Counted from the stretch's first letter, positions 9,619-19,163 are shown. The stretch is 64,000 bases of DNA from Cenarchaeum sp. (GCA_963693095.2 OY843768.1:1120001-1184000), one strand, 5' to 3'. Notes: generated by a model not told the origin, from the sequence alone. Program-made: numbers and translations.

Positions 9619-10167
9619 TCAACGTATCAAAATCTGTTGAGTTAATTTTTCTATCTGATCCCCCCATGCAACAAATCCCGTGTGTCTTTTTCGTGCAAAT
9701 AAATCGATTCGGGGTGAACTAGTTTTTGATCGTATAATTTCATAAAATTCAGATGGTTTTTCGGAATGAATGCCCGTCTTTCCATTAAATGCTGTGGGCA
9801 TGGCTGTACCTGTAAATGGAATGCTAAAATCTCCACGGTATCCAAAGACAACAAACTCACTATTCCTAAAGACTCCTTGCATGGTAATCCCAGAATTTTT
9901 GATCCATGTCATCGTACAATAATACTTGAAGCCCCATTTTTGAATCAATTGTGTTGTAAACGGTAGTCTACTTTGTATTGTCCAAATAAATAAATTGCAT
10001 TGCTTATGCGCAAAATCCTCAATGGGGAATGCCTCTATTTCTTTATTTGACATTGTTTGATACGATAAACGTCTTTTGATCTTTCCTCTACACGGTTTTG
10101 AATTTGGCCCTGTTGTTGTAATTCTCCAAGGTGGATCCATAACGATTGTTTTGTATTTATGCGTCAT
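9619..10167 (-). CDS. MT-A70 family N6-adenine methyltransferase
   Basis: YKTIVMDPPW, LFIWT, WGFKY..TMTWIK, HSEKP, RIDLFAR..GFVAWGDQ are MT-A70 motifs; GGAGG upstream; TTTTTATA at ~10196-10203. Confidence 0.92.
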   Translation of the reverse strand: MTHKYKTIVMDPPWRITTTGPNSKPCRGKIKRRLSYQTMSNKEIEAFPIEDFAHKQCNLFIWTIQSRLPFTTQLIQKWGFKYYCTMTWIKNSGITMQGVFRNSEFVVFGYRGDFSIPFTGTAMPTAFNGKTGIHSEKPSEFYEIIRSKTSSPRIDLFARKRHTGFVAWGDQIEKLTQQILIR

Positions 10168-10594
10168 TCATATTCCTCCAATATGCTGTCAGAAATATAA
10201 AAAGTCGCAGTGTGAGTGTGGCAAGCAAGATATTATTCGACTTGATTTCATTAAATTTAGTGTGTGTCATGTGCACGCCTATTCCGGCCTTGCCCGATGC
10301 CCAATCATCTTTTTGATACCAAGCAATCATGTCACATGGTGACGGGGATTCTGGTACGAGCTGCCATTTAAGCAGGTCTCTGGGTTTTAGTCCCGTTCGA
10401 TTAGCTAACGGGGGGATGACGGTAGTCGTTATGCTGCGAGAGCTCGGGTCATTTTTACTGATCCTGGTGGTTCTTGTGGTGTAGGGCGGGTCATCTGCCG
10501 CCGGGCATTTGAAGCACAAGCGAGAATCAAGATTATGCGCCTCACCGTTGGAAGACCTTGAAGTTTTCACGCTCCGCCTCGATTTCTGCCCCAT
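10157..10594 (-). CDS. ORF containing an AbrB/MazE/SpoVT-like DNA-binding segment (possibly degenerate; alternative GTG start at 10570)
   Basis: TTRISKNDPSSRSITTTVIPPLANRTGLKPRDLLKWQL fits the archaeal AbrB pattern (S.S..TTIP......GL...D.L.W); flanking residues look unconserved. Confidence 0.55.
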   Translation of the reverse strand: MGQKSRRSVKTSRSSNGEAHNLDSRLCFKCPAADDPPYTTRTTRISKNDPSSRSITTTVIPPLANRTGLKPRDLLKWQLVPESPSPCDMIAWYQKDDWASGKAGIGVHMTHTKFNEIKSNNILLATLTLRLFIFLTAYWRNMNDA

Positions 10595-10762
10595 TTATAG
10601 GCATTATTGCATAAATTGTGTATGAGGTCAGCGACCCCACGACCCATTTGGCCAAATTAGCACATGTGCGGAGAAACCCGCCGCGCCACAGGCGAACCCA
10701 GGGATCCGATTCTGGGCAGAGAGCCACACTTAATAGGTCAAGCACAGCCCACGCGTCTCATA

Positions 10763-11236
10763 ATGGCAATCCAGGTGGGTCAGAGGGCGCCGGACTTTGA
10801 GCTCCACGACACTGACCTAAAGCCCGTCACGCTCGCCGGCCTCAGGGACGGCGGCGGCAAGGTCGTCCTCTCGTTCATTGTGGCTGCAAGCTCGCCGGTC
10901 TGCGAAAAGGAGCTCTGCTCGTTTCGCGACTCGTGGGATGACATAAAGTCAGCAGGCGCAAAGGTAGTCGCGATAAGCAACGACGGGCCGTTTGCGAACA
11001 AGGCCTTTGCGCAGGCGCACTCGCTCAACTTTCCGGTTCTCTCCGACCACAACAGCCGCGCCATACGCGAGTACGGCGTGCTCATGGAGGACCTCTTGCA
11101 CATAAAGGGCTACAATGCCGCAAAGCGCTCAGTCTTTGTCATTAACGAGGACGGCACAGTCGGCTATGCGTGGGTGTCTGATGACCCGCTAGTCGAGCCC
11201 AACTATGCCGAGATTCTCGACTATGTGAAATCCTAG
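10763..11236 (+). CDS. Peroxiredoxin (AhpC/TSA, BCP-like)
   Basis: VGQRAPDFEL, SPVCEKELC, LNFPVLSD, KRSVFVI; start moved to MAIQVG. Confidence 0.92.
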   Translation: MAIQVGQRAPDFELHDTDLKPVTLAGLRDGGGKVVLSFIVAASSPVCEKELCSFRDSWDDIKSAGAKVVAISNDGPFANKAFAQAHSLNFPVLSDHNSRAIREYGVLMEDLLHIKGYNAAKRSVFVINEDGTVGYAWVSDDPLVEPNYAEILDYVKS

Positions 11237-11742
11237 GATATCTCGGCGACTGTGTCGCCCTTGGCCACAATGTCACCGGTCTTTATCGCAATAGATGAGA
11301 CCTTGCCTGCCTTTGCCGACTTTATGCCGACTTGCATCTTCATCGACTCTAGCGTGCATATCGTGTCGCCTTCGGCAACGTCATCGCCGGCGCTGACTGC
11401 GACAGAGACGACCTTGCCGGGGATCTGGCTCTTTAGCGTCCCGCCGCCGGCGGCCTCGGAGCGCCCAGAGTTCATGTAGACAATGTCATCAAGGCCCGTG
11501 TGGCGAAACGCGCTCACCTGCCGGCCATCAAGGATCATCCGTGTCTCAAGGGCCTCGCCGGGGAAATACGCGACGCGGTGCGGCACGTCATCGAGCATAA
11601 AGTCCATGCCGCGCGAGTCAGACGAGACGACGCGCAAGAGCCGATCCTTGCCGTCAATGCGCACGACATACTCGCCAGCACCGGCACTGCCGGCAATCGA
11701 GCACTCGCGCTCGCCGTCAATGCCGCCAATCCTGTACCTCAT
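11233..11742 (-). CDS. accB: Biotin carboxyl carrier subunit of acetyl/propionyl-CoA carboxylase
   Basis: LESMKMQ biotinylation motif; ATGA overlap with the biotin carboxylase stop. Confidence 0.92.
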   Translation of the reverse strand: MRYRIGGIDGERECSIAGSAGAGEYVVRIDGKDRLLRVVSSDSRGMDFMLDDVPHRVAYFPGEALETRMILDGRQVSAFRHTGLDDIVYMNSGRSEAAGGGTLKSQIPGKVVSVAVSAGDDVAEGDTICTLESMKMQVGIKSAKAGKVSSIAIKTGDIVAKGDTVAEIS

Positions 11743-13232
11743 TGCTGGCCCGGCCTCCCGCGCCACCGCGGCTGTGCGGCAGCCCCGCCCTCGACTGCGC
11801 GCACCACGTGCTCTTGGCGCATCGCAGCGGCCGCAAGGGCCGCGTCGGCGAGGCTTTTCGTCTCATCGGCAATGTCGGCCCTAAGGCGCTCTATGATCCC
11901 ATAGCGCGACAAAAAGTCAGTCGACAGGTCGCCGCGCGCAAACTCTGCAGAGCGCAGAATTGTCCGGTATAGCGGTATTGACGTCTCGACGCCGTGTATG
12001 TCAAAGGAGTCAAGGGCCGCGAGCATGCGTCGCGTGGCCTCGGGCGTGTCCTGGCCCCACGTGCACAGCTTTGCCATGAGCGAGTCATAGTACGGCGAGA
12101 CCGTGCAGCCCGGAAAGAGGTACGTGTCGCAGCGCACGCCCGGACCGGCCGGAATCTCAACGTGCGGTACTGGGCCTGTTGAGGGCGCAAAGTCCATAAA
12201 CGTGTCCTCGGCGTTTATCCTGCACTCGATCGCGCACCCGTTAGGCGATATGGAGCCGGGTTTAAAGGGCAGCGGCTCGCCGTTGGCTATGTCTAGCTGC
12301 ATCTTTACGAGGTCCATGCCCGAGACTAGCTCCGTCACCGGATGCTCGACCTGGAGCCGCGCGTTTATCTCTATAAAGTAGAACGTCCCGTCATCGAGTC
12401 GGAGAAACTCGGCGGTCCCGAGGTTTGTGTACCCAACAGCAGACGCCGCCTTTGCGGCTAGCGCGCCGATTCGCTCGCGCGTCTCGGCGTCAACTACGGG
12501 CGAGGGTGACATCTCGATCAGCTTTTGGTTCCTTCGCTGTATGGAGCACTCGCGCTCAAAGATGTGCGCAGACACGCCGTGCGTGTCGCATGCGAGCTGG
12601 AACTCTATATGCCTGATCTTTTCGAGGAACTTTTCGACTAGTATTGCGGACTTGCCAAAGGCGGCCATCGACTCGCCAGTCACAGAGTCAAAGTTCTCGC
12701 GCAGCTCGGCGTCGCTTCCGCACAGGCGTATGCCGCGCCCGCCGCCGCCATAGACGGACTTTAGGAGGACTGGGTACCCGATGTCGTTTGCGACCGAGAG
12801 CGCCTCATCAACGTCGGCGACTAGTCCCAAGCTGCCGGGAACCGTCGGCACGCCCGCCTTTTCCATGGCGGCCTTGCACTTCATCTTGTCGCCGCACAGC
12901 GACATTGACTGCGCGCTCGGGCCAATGAACGTAATGTTCTCCTTTTCGCACCTGCCCGCAAAGTCATAATTCTCTGAGAGGAACCCATATCCCGGATGGA
13001 CCGCATCGGCGCCAGATGCGGCGACTGCGGCCATCACGCTGTCCTGGTTTAGATAGCTGCTAGACGGCGCGGCAGCGCCAATGTGGTGCGCCTCGTCGGC
13101 CTTTTTGACGTGGAGCGAGTTGCGGTCCTCATCAGAATATACTGCGACTGTCGCTATTCCTAGTGCGCGGCACGTCCGCATGACTCGCAGCGCTATCTCG
13201 CCCCTGTTTGCTATGAGAACCTTTTCAATCAT
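11739..13232 (-). CDS. accC: Biotin carboxylase subunit (3HP/4HB cycle)
   Basis: KVLIANRGEIA, HPGYGFLSEN, GGGGRGIR, ERECSIQRRNQK, EINARLQVEHPVTE. Confidence 0.96.
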   Translation of the reverse strand: MIEKVLIANRGEIALRVMRTCRALGIATVAVYSDEDRNSLHVKKADEAHHIGAAAPSSSYLNQDSVMAAVAASGADAVHPGYGFLSENYDFAGRCEKENITFIGPSAQSMSLCGDKMKCKAAMEKAGVPTVPGSLGLVADVDEALSVANDIGYPVLLKSVYGGGGRGIRLCGSDAELRENFDSVTGESMAAFGKSAILVEKFLEKIRHIEFQLACDTHGVSAHIFERECSIQRRNQKLIEMSPSPVVDAETRERIGALAAKAASAVGYTNLGTAEFLRLDDGTFYFIEINARLQVEHPVTELVSGMDLVKMQLDIANGEPLPFKPGSISPNGCAIECRINAEDTFMDFAPSTGPVPHVEIPAGPGVRCDTYLFPGCTVSPYYDSLMAKLCTWGQDTPEATRRMLAALDSFDIHGVETSIPLYRTILRSAEFARGDLSTDFLSRYGIIERLRADIADETKSLADAALAAAAMRQEHVVRAVEGGAAAQPRWRGRPGQQ

Positions 13233-13238
13233 GGCAGA

Positions 13239-14786
13239 TCACAGGTTAATGTTCCCGTGCTTTCGAGGCACATGCGACTTGCGCTTGTCAGATAGCATGT
13301 CAAGGGCAGAGATGATCGACGCGCGCGTCATGGCGGGGTCGATAACGGCATCTATCGTGCCGTGCGAGGCGGCCCTGTAGGGGTTGTCGAACTTTTCGGC
13401 AAACTCGGCAGTCAGGCGCGACTTTAGCTCATCAGGTGAGTCAGAAGCGGCAAGGTCCTTGCGGTTCATGATCCTCACGGCGGCATCGGCCCCGAGGACC
13501 GCGCAGCGCGCAGTGGGCCACGCATAGTTGACGTCGGTCCCGAGGTTCTTGCTGCCCATGGCGATGTACGCCCCGCCGTACGCCTTGCCCACAACGAGCG
13601 TGACCTTTGGGACAGTCGCCTCACAGTACGCATAGAGGAGCTTGCTCCCGTGGCGTATGATTCCGTTGTGCTCCTGGTCTGAGCCCGGCATATAGCCGGG
13701 CGTGTCCACAAGTGTGATGATCGGTATGTTGAACGCGTCGCAAAAGCGGATAAAGCGCGATGCCTTTGATGACGAGTTTATGTCAAGCGCGCCGGCGAGG
13801 ACCATCGGCTGGTTTGCGACAATGCCAACGCTTCGCCCGTCCATGCGCGCGTACCCGACGATGATGTTCTGCGCAAAGCCCTCGTGAACCTCGAGGAACT
13901 CGTGGTTGTCGATGATCGAGCGGATTATCTCCTTCATGTCATATGGTGTCTGCATGTCCTCGGGCAGGACAGAGACTAGCGCATTGTCGGTGCGCGCTGC
14001 GTCATCAGACGGCTTTAGGCGCGGCGGATCCGCAGCATTGTTCTGCGGCAGGAACGCGAGAAGCTCGCGTATGCGCTCCATGCACTCGTACTCGTTGGCC
14101 GCGACAAAGTGCGCAACGCCGCTCCTCGTCCCGTGCGAGTCGGCCCCGCCGAGCTTTTCAGCGCTAATCTCCTCGCCGAGGACCGTCTTGACCACGTCCG
14201 GTCCGGTCACAAACATGGTCGCCGTCTTTTTGACCATGACGACAAAGTCAGTCATCGCCGGAGAGTAGACCGAGCCGCCGGCTGACGGCCCAATGCTCGC
14301 AGTTATCTGCGGAATGACGCCAGAGGCCATGCGGTTGTGGTAAAAGATGTCGGCAAACCCGTCAAGGCTCATTATGCCCTCCTGTATTCGCGCGCCGCCA
14401 GAGTCCATGATGCCCACTATGGGGCAGCCGACGTCGACGGCGTGGCGCATGAGCTTTGTTATCTTTTTGGCGCCCATCTGGCTCAGCGTCCCGCCGAGGA
14501 TCGTAAAGTCGTACGCAAAGACAAAGGTCTTGCGCCCCAGGACCGTCCCATACCCGCCGACGACGCCATCACCGGCGAACTTTTTCTTTTGCATGTCAAA
14601 CTCGTGATAGTGGTGCGTGACGAGGGCATCGATCTCAAAGAACGAGCCCTCATCGAGGAGGAGGTCTATCCTCTCCCTGGCCGTCAGCTTGCCCTTGTCG
14701 TGCTGTGCGCGTATGCGATCAGGCCCCCCGCCCTCATTGGCCTGTCGCGTGTGGCGTGCCAGCGTGTCCATCTTTTCAGAATGCAT
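13239..14786 (-). CDS. pccB: Acyl-CoA carboxylase carboxyltransferase subunit
   Basis: GKLTARERI, DSGGARIQEG, LVDTPGYMPG, KHGNINL; start moved to MHSEK; TATA-like TTAATATA at ~14817-14824. Confidence 0.94.
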   Translation of the reverse strand: MHSEKMDTLARHTRQANEGGGPDRIRAQHDKGKLTARERIDLLLDEGSFFEIDALVTHHYHEFDMQKKKFAGDGVVGGYGTVLGRKTFVFAYDFTILGGTLSQMGAKKITKLMRHAVDVGCPIVGIMDSGGARIQEGIMSLDGFADIFYHNRMASGVIPQITASIGPSAGGSVYSPAMTDFVVMVKKTATMFVTGPDVVKTVLGEEISAEKLGGADSHGTRSGVAHFVAANEYECMERIRELLAFLPQNNAADPPRLKPSDDAARTDNALVSVLPEDMQTPYDMKEIIRSIIDNHEFLEVHEGFAQNIIVGYARMDGRSVGIVANQPMVLAGALDINSSSKASRFIRFCDAFNIPIITLVDTPGYMPGSDQEHNGIIRHGSKLLYAYCEATVPKVTLVVGKAYGGAYIAMGSKNLGTDVNYAWPTARCAVLGADAAVRIMNRKDLAASDSPDELKSRLTAEFAEKFDNPYRAASHGTIDAVIDPAMTRASIISALDMLSDKRKSHVPRKHGNINL

Positions 14787-14844
14787 TGCGTGCGTGGCGC
14801 GCGCCCTAGGCAGCATATATTAATTTAGGCAGGCGGGCCGACGC

Positions 14845-15360
14845 TCATTCCCTGAGCTTTGAGCGGCCGCCCTTGGCGGTCCTAAAGACGTTCATGCCTA
14901 GGTGATAGTTCTCATACAGGTGGTCAAGCGTCCGGAGGCCATCCTCGGCGGCCGCACGATCGCCTCCTGAGGCGTCAGGATCGGCCATGAGGCGCTCAAG
15001 CTCGGCCCTCTTTTGGCCCCTAAACTCGTCAATGCTGTTCTCATAGTTGCTCATGCCCCCGAACTCGGGGCTCAGGACGTGCTTTGGCACGTATGCTGGC
15101 GTGTTGTCCCTGTATGACTCTACATTCCTGGAAATCTCCTCAATCTCCTCAGGCGTGTACACGCGTGGCTCGGGCTCTGGCTCGGCCTCGGGCTCCTCGA
15201 CCTTTGCAGGCACGTCAGGCGTCTCTCCGGCAGGCGCGTCTGCGCCCTTTGCCTCCGGAGCGTCGTCGGCTGCCGGCTTTTCGTCGGCCTTGGGCGGGTT
15301 TTTGCAAGCCGCGCCGTCCCCCGATCCGGCCTTCTTGTCATCCTTGTCCTTGTCGGCCAA
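14845..15360 (-). CDS. Hypothetical protein with acidic low-complexity N-terminus
   Basis: Protein-like C-terminal half (YENYHLGMNVFRTAKGGRSKL); TTG start chosen ~25 nt below TTTAAAA at 15385-15391. Confidence 0.7.
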   Translation of the reverse strand: MADKDKDDKKAGSGDGAACKNPPKADEKPAADDAPEAKGADAPAGETPDVPAKVEEPEAEPEPEPRVYTPEEIEEISRNVESYRDNTPAYVPKHVLSPEFGGMSNYENSIDEFRGQKRAELERLMADPDASGGDRAAAEDGLRTLDHLYENYHLGMNVFRTAKGGRSKLRE

Positions 15361-15529
15361 TGCGGCCTGCCCGCCGCAGCCCGATTTTAAACCTTGATGG
15401 CCGGGAGGCCATGCGCAGTCCCTGTGATGGCCCCACACGGGCATCTCAGGGCAGGCCGCATGCCGTGGCCGCCATGTCCAAAGGAGCCGGCATTGTGCCC
15501 ATCAGGGCCAGGACGGTGGGGGTGCGGCA

Positions 15530-15871
15530 TCACGCGAGCGTGGACTGGCCCACGGTGCGCGACGGGTTTAGGATTGTGAACTTTTTGAGCACGGCAGCAC
15601 CATACTTTGCCAGCGCGTCCTCCTCGGCGCACGTCCTGCATATGCACATCTGTGACACGCGCGCTAGGTCACAGTCATCGCGAGACTCGCACTCGGCGCA
15701 TCCCGCAGGCCTGCCGCACACAATGCACTGTATCCTTGGCGCGCCGGCCACGCACTCGGGATGCTTTACGCCCTCGCCCTTTAGCCACATGACTGACGTG
15801 CCCACCGCAATGTCCGCCCCGCACTCGGCGCACTTGCCGGCGAACTTCATCGGTATCTTGCGCCAGCTCAT
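15530..15871 (-). CDS. Small Cys-rich (multi zinc-finger) hypothetical protein
   Basis: CAEC, HPEC, CIVC, CAEC, CICRTC; ATGA overlap with the RFC gene. Confidence 0.75.
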   Translation of the reverse strand: MSWRKIPMKFAGKCAECGADIAVGTSVMWLKGEGVKHPECVAGAPRIQCIVCGRPAGCAECESRDDCDLARVSQMCICRTCAEEDALAKYGAAVLKKFTILNPSRTVGQSTLA

Positions 15872-17037
15872 CGCACCCTCTCAACCTCCTTTTCCACTAT
15901 GGCGCGGTGATCCTCGTCAATGGCCTCAATCGGTATCGCACCAGACTTTACGCACGCGGCGATATAGGGCAGGTGCAGCGAGGAAAAGTCCGATGACGAG
16001 GAGTGGAGCGCGGGAGCCGCAGATCGCGCAAATGCCCTTATCGCGCTGCCGTCCCAGCGTATGCGGTTTAGCAGCGGCCAAGAGATGCCATATTTCGAGT
16101 ACGCAACGCCGAGTCCTGGCTCGTGTCCCATCGCCAGTGTGGAGTTTAGGTATCGCAATATGCGCCACTGCTGCGTCCTCATTATCCTCCCATGGAGCAT
16201 GTCAGCATCTGATATCGCGCGCATGAGGCTCGCGGCCTTTGCCAGGGGCAGCGAGCTTGCCGAGACCACGCTAGAATAGAGCGCGCCTATCTTTTCTCGT
16301 GGGTCACCGCGCATGGACTCTAGGGCAAGGCGCGCGTCATGGCGCGTCTTTGCGCCAAAGAACGCCGTGACTGCCTCCTCAGAGGACAGTATTCCGCCCT
16401 CGTGCGACATGTCCGGATTGTATCCCTGCGCTAGTGCCTGCGCTAGGTTGAACATTGTGCGAATGTCCCCGCGAGACCTAGCCAGAATCTGCACTATGGA
16501 GCCCGGACCGATGCGCGCGCCCTCTTGGCGAATCACGTCCTCTAGGTATATGCGCATGAGGCGCGGCGGGAGCGGGCCGAGGCGCATTACAGTGGAGGCC
16601 TTGGCAATGTTGCGCATCTTGTCCGTAGAGTCAGAGTTTGCGGCAAGTATCACGGGCACTGTCGGCTCCTTTAGAATTTTCACAAGCGCGTCGGCCCCGC
16701 CATAGTCAGAGCGCCCGTGTATCCCGTCGACCTCGTCGATAAAGACGAGCGTCCTTCTCTCAAGGCTTCCCCTGGTCCCCATGATCGGCTCAAGGAGTGC
16801 CGTCAGGCTGGACCGCGTTCGCGTGTCACTTGCGTTGATGCCGACTAGCTCATAGCCAAACCTCTCGGCGACTAGTCCGGCAAGCGTCGTCTTGCCCGTG
16901 CCCGGCGGGCCCACGAGGAGCGCTGCGCGCGTGCCGACCTTCCATCTCGCAAGCCATGTCACGAGCTCGGCGCGAACCTTTTCGTTTCCGATCATCGACT
17001 CTATTGACTTTGGCCTGTGCGACTCTGACCACATCAT
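15868..17037 (-). CDS. rfcL: Replication factor C large subunit
   Basis: WSESHRPKS (RFC box II), GPPGTGKT, INASDTR, FIDEVD, SRGDIR. Confidence 0.9.
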   Translation of the reverse strand: MMWSESHRPKSIESMIGNEKVRAELVTWLARWKVGTRAALLVGPPGTGKTTLAGLVAERFGYELVGINASDTRTRSSLTALLEPIMGTRGSLERRTLVFIDEVDGIHGRSDYGGADALVKILKEPTVPVILAANSDSTDKMRNIAKASTVMRLGPLPPRLMRIYLEDVIRQEGARIGPGSIVQILARSRGDIRTMFNLAQALAQGYNPDMSHEGGILSSEEAVTAFFGAKTRHDARLALESMRGDPREKIGALYSSVVSASSLPLAKAASLMRAISDADMLHGRIMRTQQWRILRYLNSTLAMGHEPGLGVAYSKYGISWPLLNRIRWDGSAIRAFARSAAPALHSSSSDFSSLHLPYIAACVKSGAIPIEAIDEDHRAIVEKEVERVR

Positions 17038-18137
17038 TTTCGCATCCTCTCCAGCGCGAGATCAAACGTGTCGGCCATCGCGCCGGCGCGCGCGTGCCAG
17101 AACAGGCCATAGTGGTCGATCGTCAGGAACAGAAACTCGAGGAACTCGACGTTAGTCGTGCCCGCCGGAAGCGACTCGAGGGCGTCTCGCGCGCGCGCCA
17201 TGTATCCCTCCTCACGCTCGCGCGTCTTGCGCAGGCCGACAGCGGCATTGCCGGCGCCGAGGGCCTCAAAGAGCGCCCACGACGGGACCTTTAGCGAGCC
17301 GCGCGAGACCGAGTCCTCTAGCTCGTTGCCGCACCCGACGCACTCAGACGCGTGGGCCATGCCGTCATAGAACGCCTGGCCAATTGCGCCGTCGCCGGCG
17401 GCCATGTTCCTGCCGGCGGTCCCCATGACGGCGCGGTACTTTTTGTACGACACCTCCATGTCTGCAGCCGTCGCGCGCAGCGGATCCGCCTGGATGCGCT
17501 CATCTACTGCCTGGCCGGCGCGCGCGTCGGCAAAGCCGGACTCGAATGACTCGAGCACCCCCTCGCCGCCGCTAGCTATCATCGAGCGCGCCGTTGCGAG
17601 TATGTGCGGGTTCATCAGGCGATAGTCATCGAGGAACTCGAGGTCCTCATCACGGTCAACTATGCGGTCCATCGGCTCGCTGAGGTCTATTGCGATAATG
17701 TGCCCCTCGACTATCTCGCGGCGCGAGCCCACCGACGCGCCGGCTGCAGAGGCCGAGTCATAGAGCGCGTTGAGGACGGGGAGTGTCATCGTCACGAACT
17801 TTGAGTCAAGGATGCGGTCTATGCGACGGCGCAGCTCGGCCGGATCAGAAAGTCGCGACTTGGCGCGCGCGATCTGCGCAGAGTCTAGCTCCATGGACGG
17901 TGAGGCGACCTCCTCGGCAAAGGTCCTCTGCGTGGCAGCCGGTGCCGAGTCCGATCGTATCCTCTTGTGAACCTCGTGCGCATAGCGCTCGGCAAGGCCC
18001 GCCGTCTGCGAGGCCGCCTCGCGCGAGTAGCGGCGGTATAGCGAATACCCGCGCCGGCGCAGCGCACCCTGCCACAGGATTCCCCGTCCCGGACCTGTCG
18101 AGAGGAGGGCGCGTGTGGCAGTGACTGCGGCGCACAT
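17034..18137 (-). CDS. Hypothetical protein
   Basis: Long helical protein-like ORF with ATGA overlap to rfcL; start estimated from TATA-like ATAAATA at ~18161-18167. Confidence 0.7.
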   Translation of the reverse strand: MCAAVTATRALLSTGPGRGILWQGALRRRGYSLYRRYSREAASQTAGLAERYAHEVHKRIRSDSAPAATQRTFAEEVASPSMELDSAQIARAKSRLSDPAELRRRIDRILDSKFVTMTLPVLNALYDSASAAGASVGSRREIVEGHIIAIDLSEPMDRIVDRDEDLEFLDDYRLMNPHILATARSMIASGGEGVLESFESGFADARAGQAVDERIQADPLRATAADMEVSYKKYRAVMGTAGRNMAAGDGAIGQAFYDGMAHASECVGCGNELEDSVSRGSLKVPSWALFEALGAGNAAVGLRKTREREEGYMARARDALESLPAGTTNVEFLEFLFLTIDHYGLFWHARAGAMADTFDLALERMRK

Positions 18138-18278
18138 GCGCGACGTGCGCGCGCATTTGTATTTATGCGTTAGAGGGGTCACAGGAGTTTGCCTTGTGCG
18201 AAAAGTAGTGGACATGGCAGCAATACCTGCCGGGCAAGACGTCAACAATAATATAACAATGTGCGTTTTGCCGTCTTG

Positions 18279-18746
18279 ATGAAAGGCGCGATCTATCGCA
18301 CGGTCAACGATGCCGATACGCTCATGTCACACGTGCCGCGCCCAGGTGCAAACAGGGGTGTCCTTGCGCCCATGACCGGAATGTGCCAGCCGGCCGTGCC
18401 GAATGTGCCAAAGGGGCGATTGCACAGAAAGCCGATCGCACCCTCGCCTGACCTTGTCCGGCAGGTAATGCTCTCCGTGCCGCTCCCAGGTGCAAACAGG
18501 GGAGTCCTTGCGCCCATGACCGGAATGTACCAGCCGGCCGTGCCGAGTGCGCCAAAAAGGCTGCTCCGCAAGAAACCAATAGCGGTGCTGCCCAACTTTG
18601 TAAAGCCGACCACACAACCCAATGATCCCATGTCCGCTGAAGGGTCCTATAATCGCGGTCGAGGCACATACGAGACAGCGGCCATTGGCGCCATAATCAT
18701 GCTAGCCGTTGGCGCCGCCATCATTTGGGGTCGCGCGACCAGGTGA
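18279..18746 (+). CDS. Pro-rich protein with a 48-aa internal repeat and a C-terminal TM helix
   Basis: Two copies of PGANRGVLAPMTGM.QPAVP..PK....KPIA; C-terminal AAIGAIIMLAVGAAIIW; TAATATA at 18248-18254. Confidence 0.55.
   Translation: MKGAIYRTVNDADTLMSHVPRPGANRGVLAPMTGMCQPAVPNVPKGRLHRKPIAPSPDLVRQVMLSVPLPGANRGVLAPMTGMYQPAVPSAPKRLLRKKPIAVLPNFVKPTTQPNDPMSAEGSYNRGRGTYETAAIGAIIMLAVGAAIIWGRATR
18332..18602 (+). repeat. Direct repeat with 144-nt period, two copies (18332-18458 and 18476-18602)
   Basis: cccaggtgcaaacagggg.gtccttgcgcccatgaccggaatgt.ccagccggccgtgccga.tg.gccaaa occurs twice. Confidence 0.9.
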
Positions 18747-18812
18747 CTGAGGCGAGTGACCATGGTCACAAAAGCCGCCATGGCGTTCAAGAGATTCCAG
18801 GCGGGATAACAC

Positions 18813-19016
18813 GTGATGCATGACGTAGACATTTTCGAAATTTTGTACTGGATGGCGTGGCCGTATCATCTTCCCGTAGACTATATGTGGAGAGAGTTTG
18901 TCGCCACTGTGGTTACTTCATTTGTGTATTCGATTACAGGTGTCACAATTGGGTGGGGCACACATACGATACGGTGCGCCAGACGCAGGCGCCGCCTGTC
19001 TGGCCAAGAGCACTAG
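18813..19016 (+). CDS. Small single-TM protein, paralogue 1
   Basis: VDIFEILYWMAWPYHLPVDYMW, then a hydrophobic helix and a basic tail; aligns without gaps to 19164-19397. Confidence 0.5.
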   Translation: MMHDVDIFEILYWMAWPYHLPVDYMWREFVATVVTSFVYSITGVTIGWGTHTIRCARRRRRLSGQEH

Positions 19017-19163
19017 TCTCTGGCGCACATGGACTCAGAAACGTGCAGGAGGAATTCCTCAAACAGTAATATAGCAATGCGCATCTTGCCGTTCTTGTGA
19101 GGGCGGCGGTTCGTGTTCAACTGGTCAGGCATGCCAAAGTAGACATGGTGCCCATAGCCCTGC

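Larger units (their letters stand above)
8940..10620. mobile_element. Low-GC acquired defence island (restriction-modification-like); no integrase or transposase seen
   Basis: GC drops sharply (e.g. 19/60 in line 9061) against >60% flanks; inserted between the divergent nuo and peroxiredoxin promoters; boundaries approximate. Confidence 0.7.

Noticed and set aside
15084-16226. 380-aa plus-strand ORF, and similar long antisense ORFs (e.g. 31527-32657, 56378-57289, 58175-59047)
   Set aside because: Antisense shadows of well-supported genes in high-GC DNA, rich in Ser/Arg/Pro with no motifs
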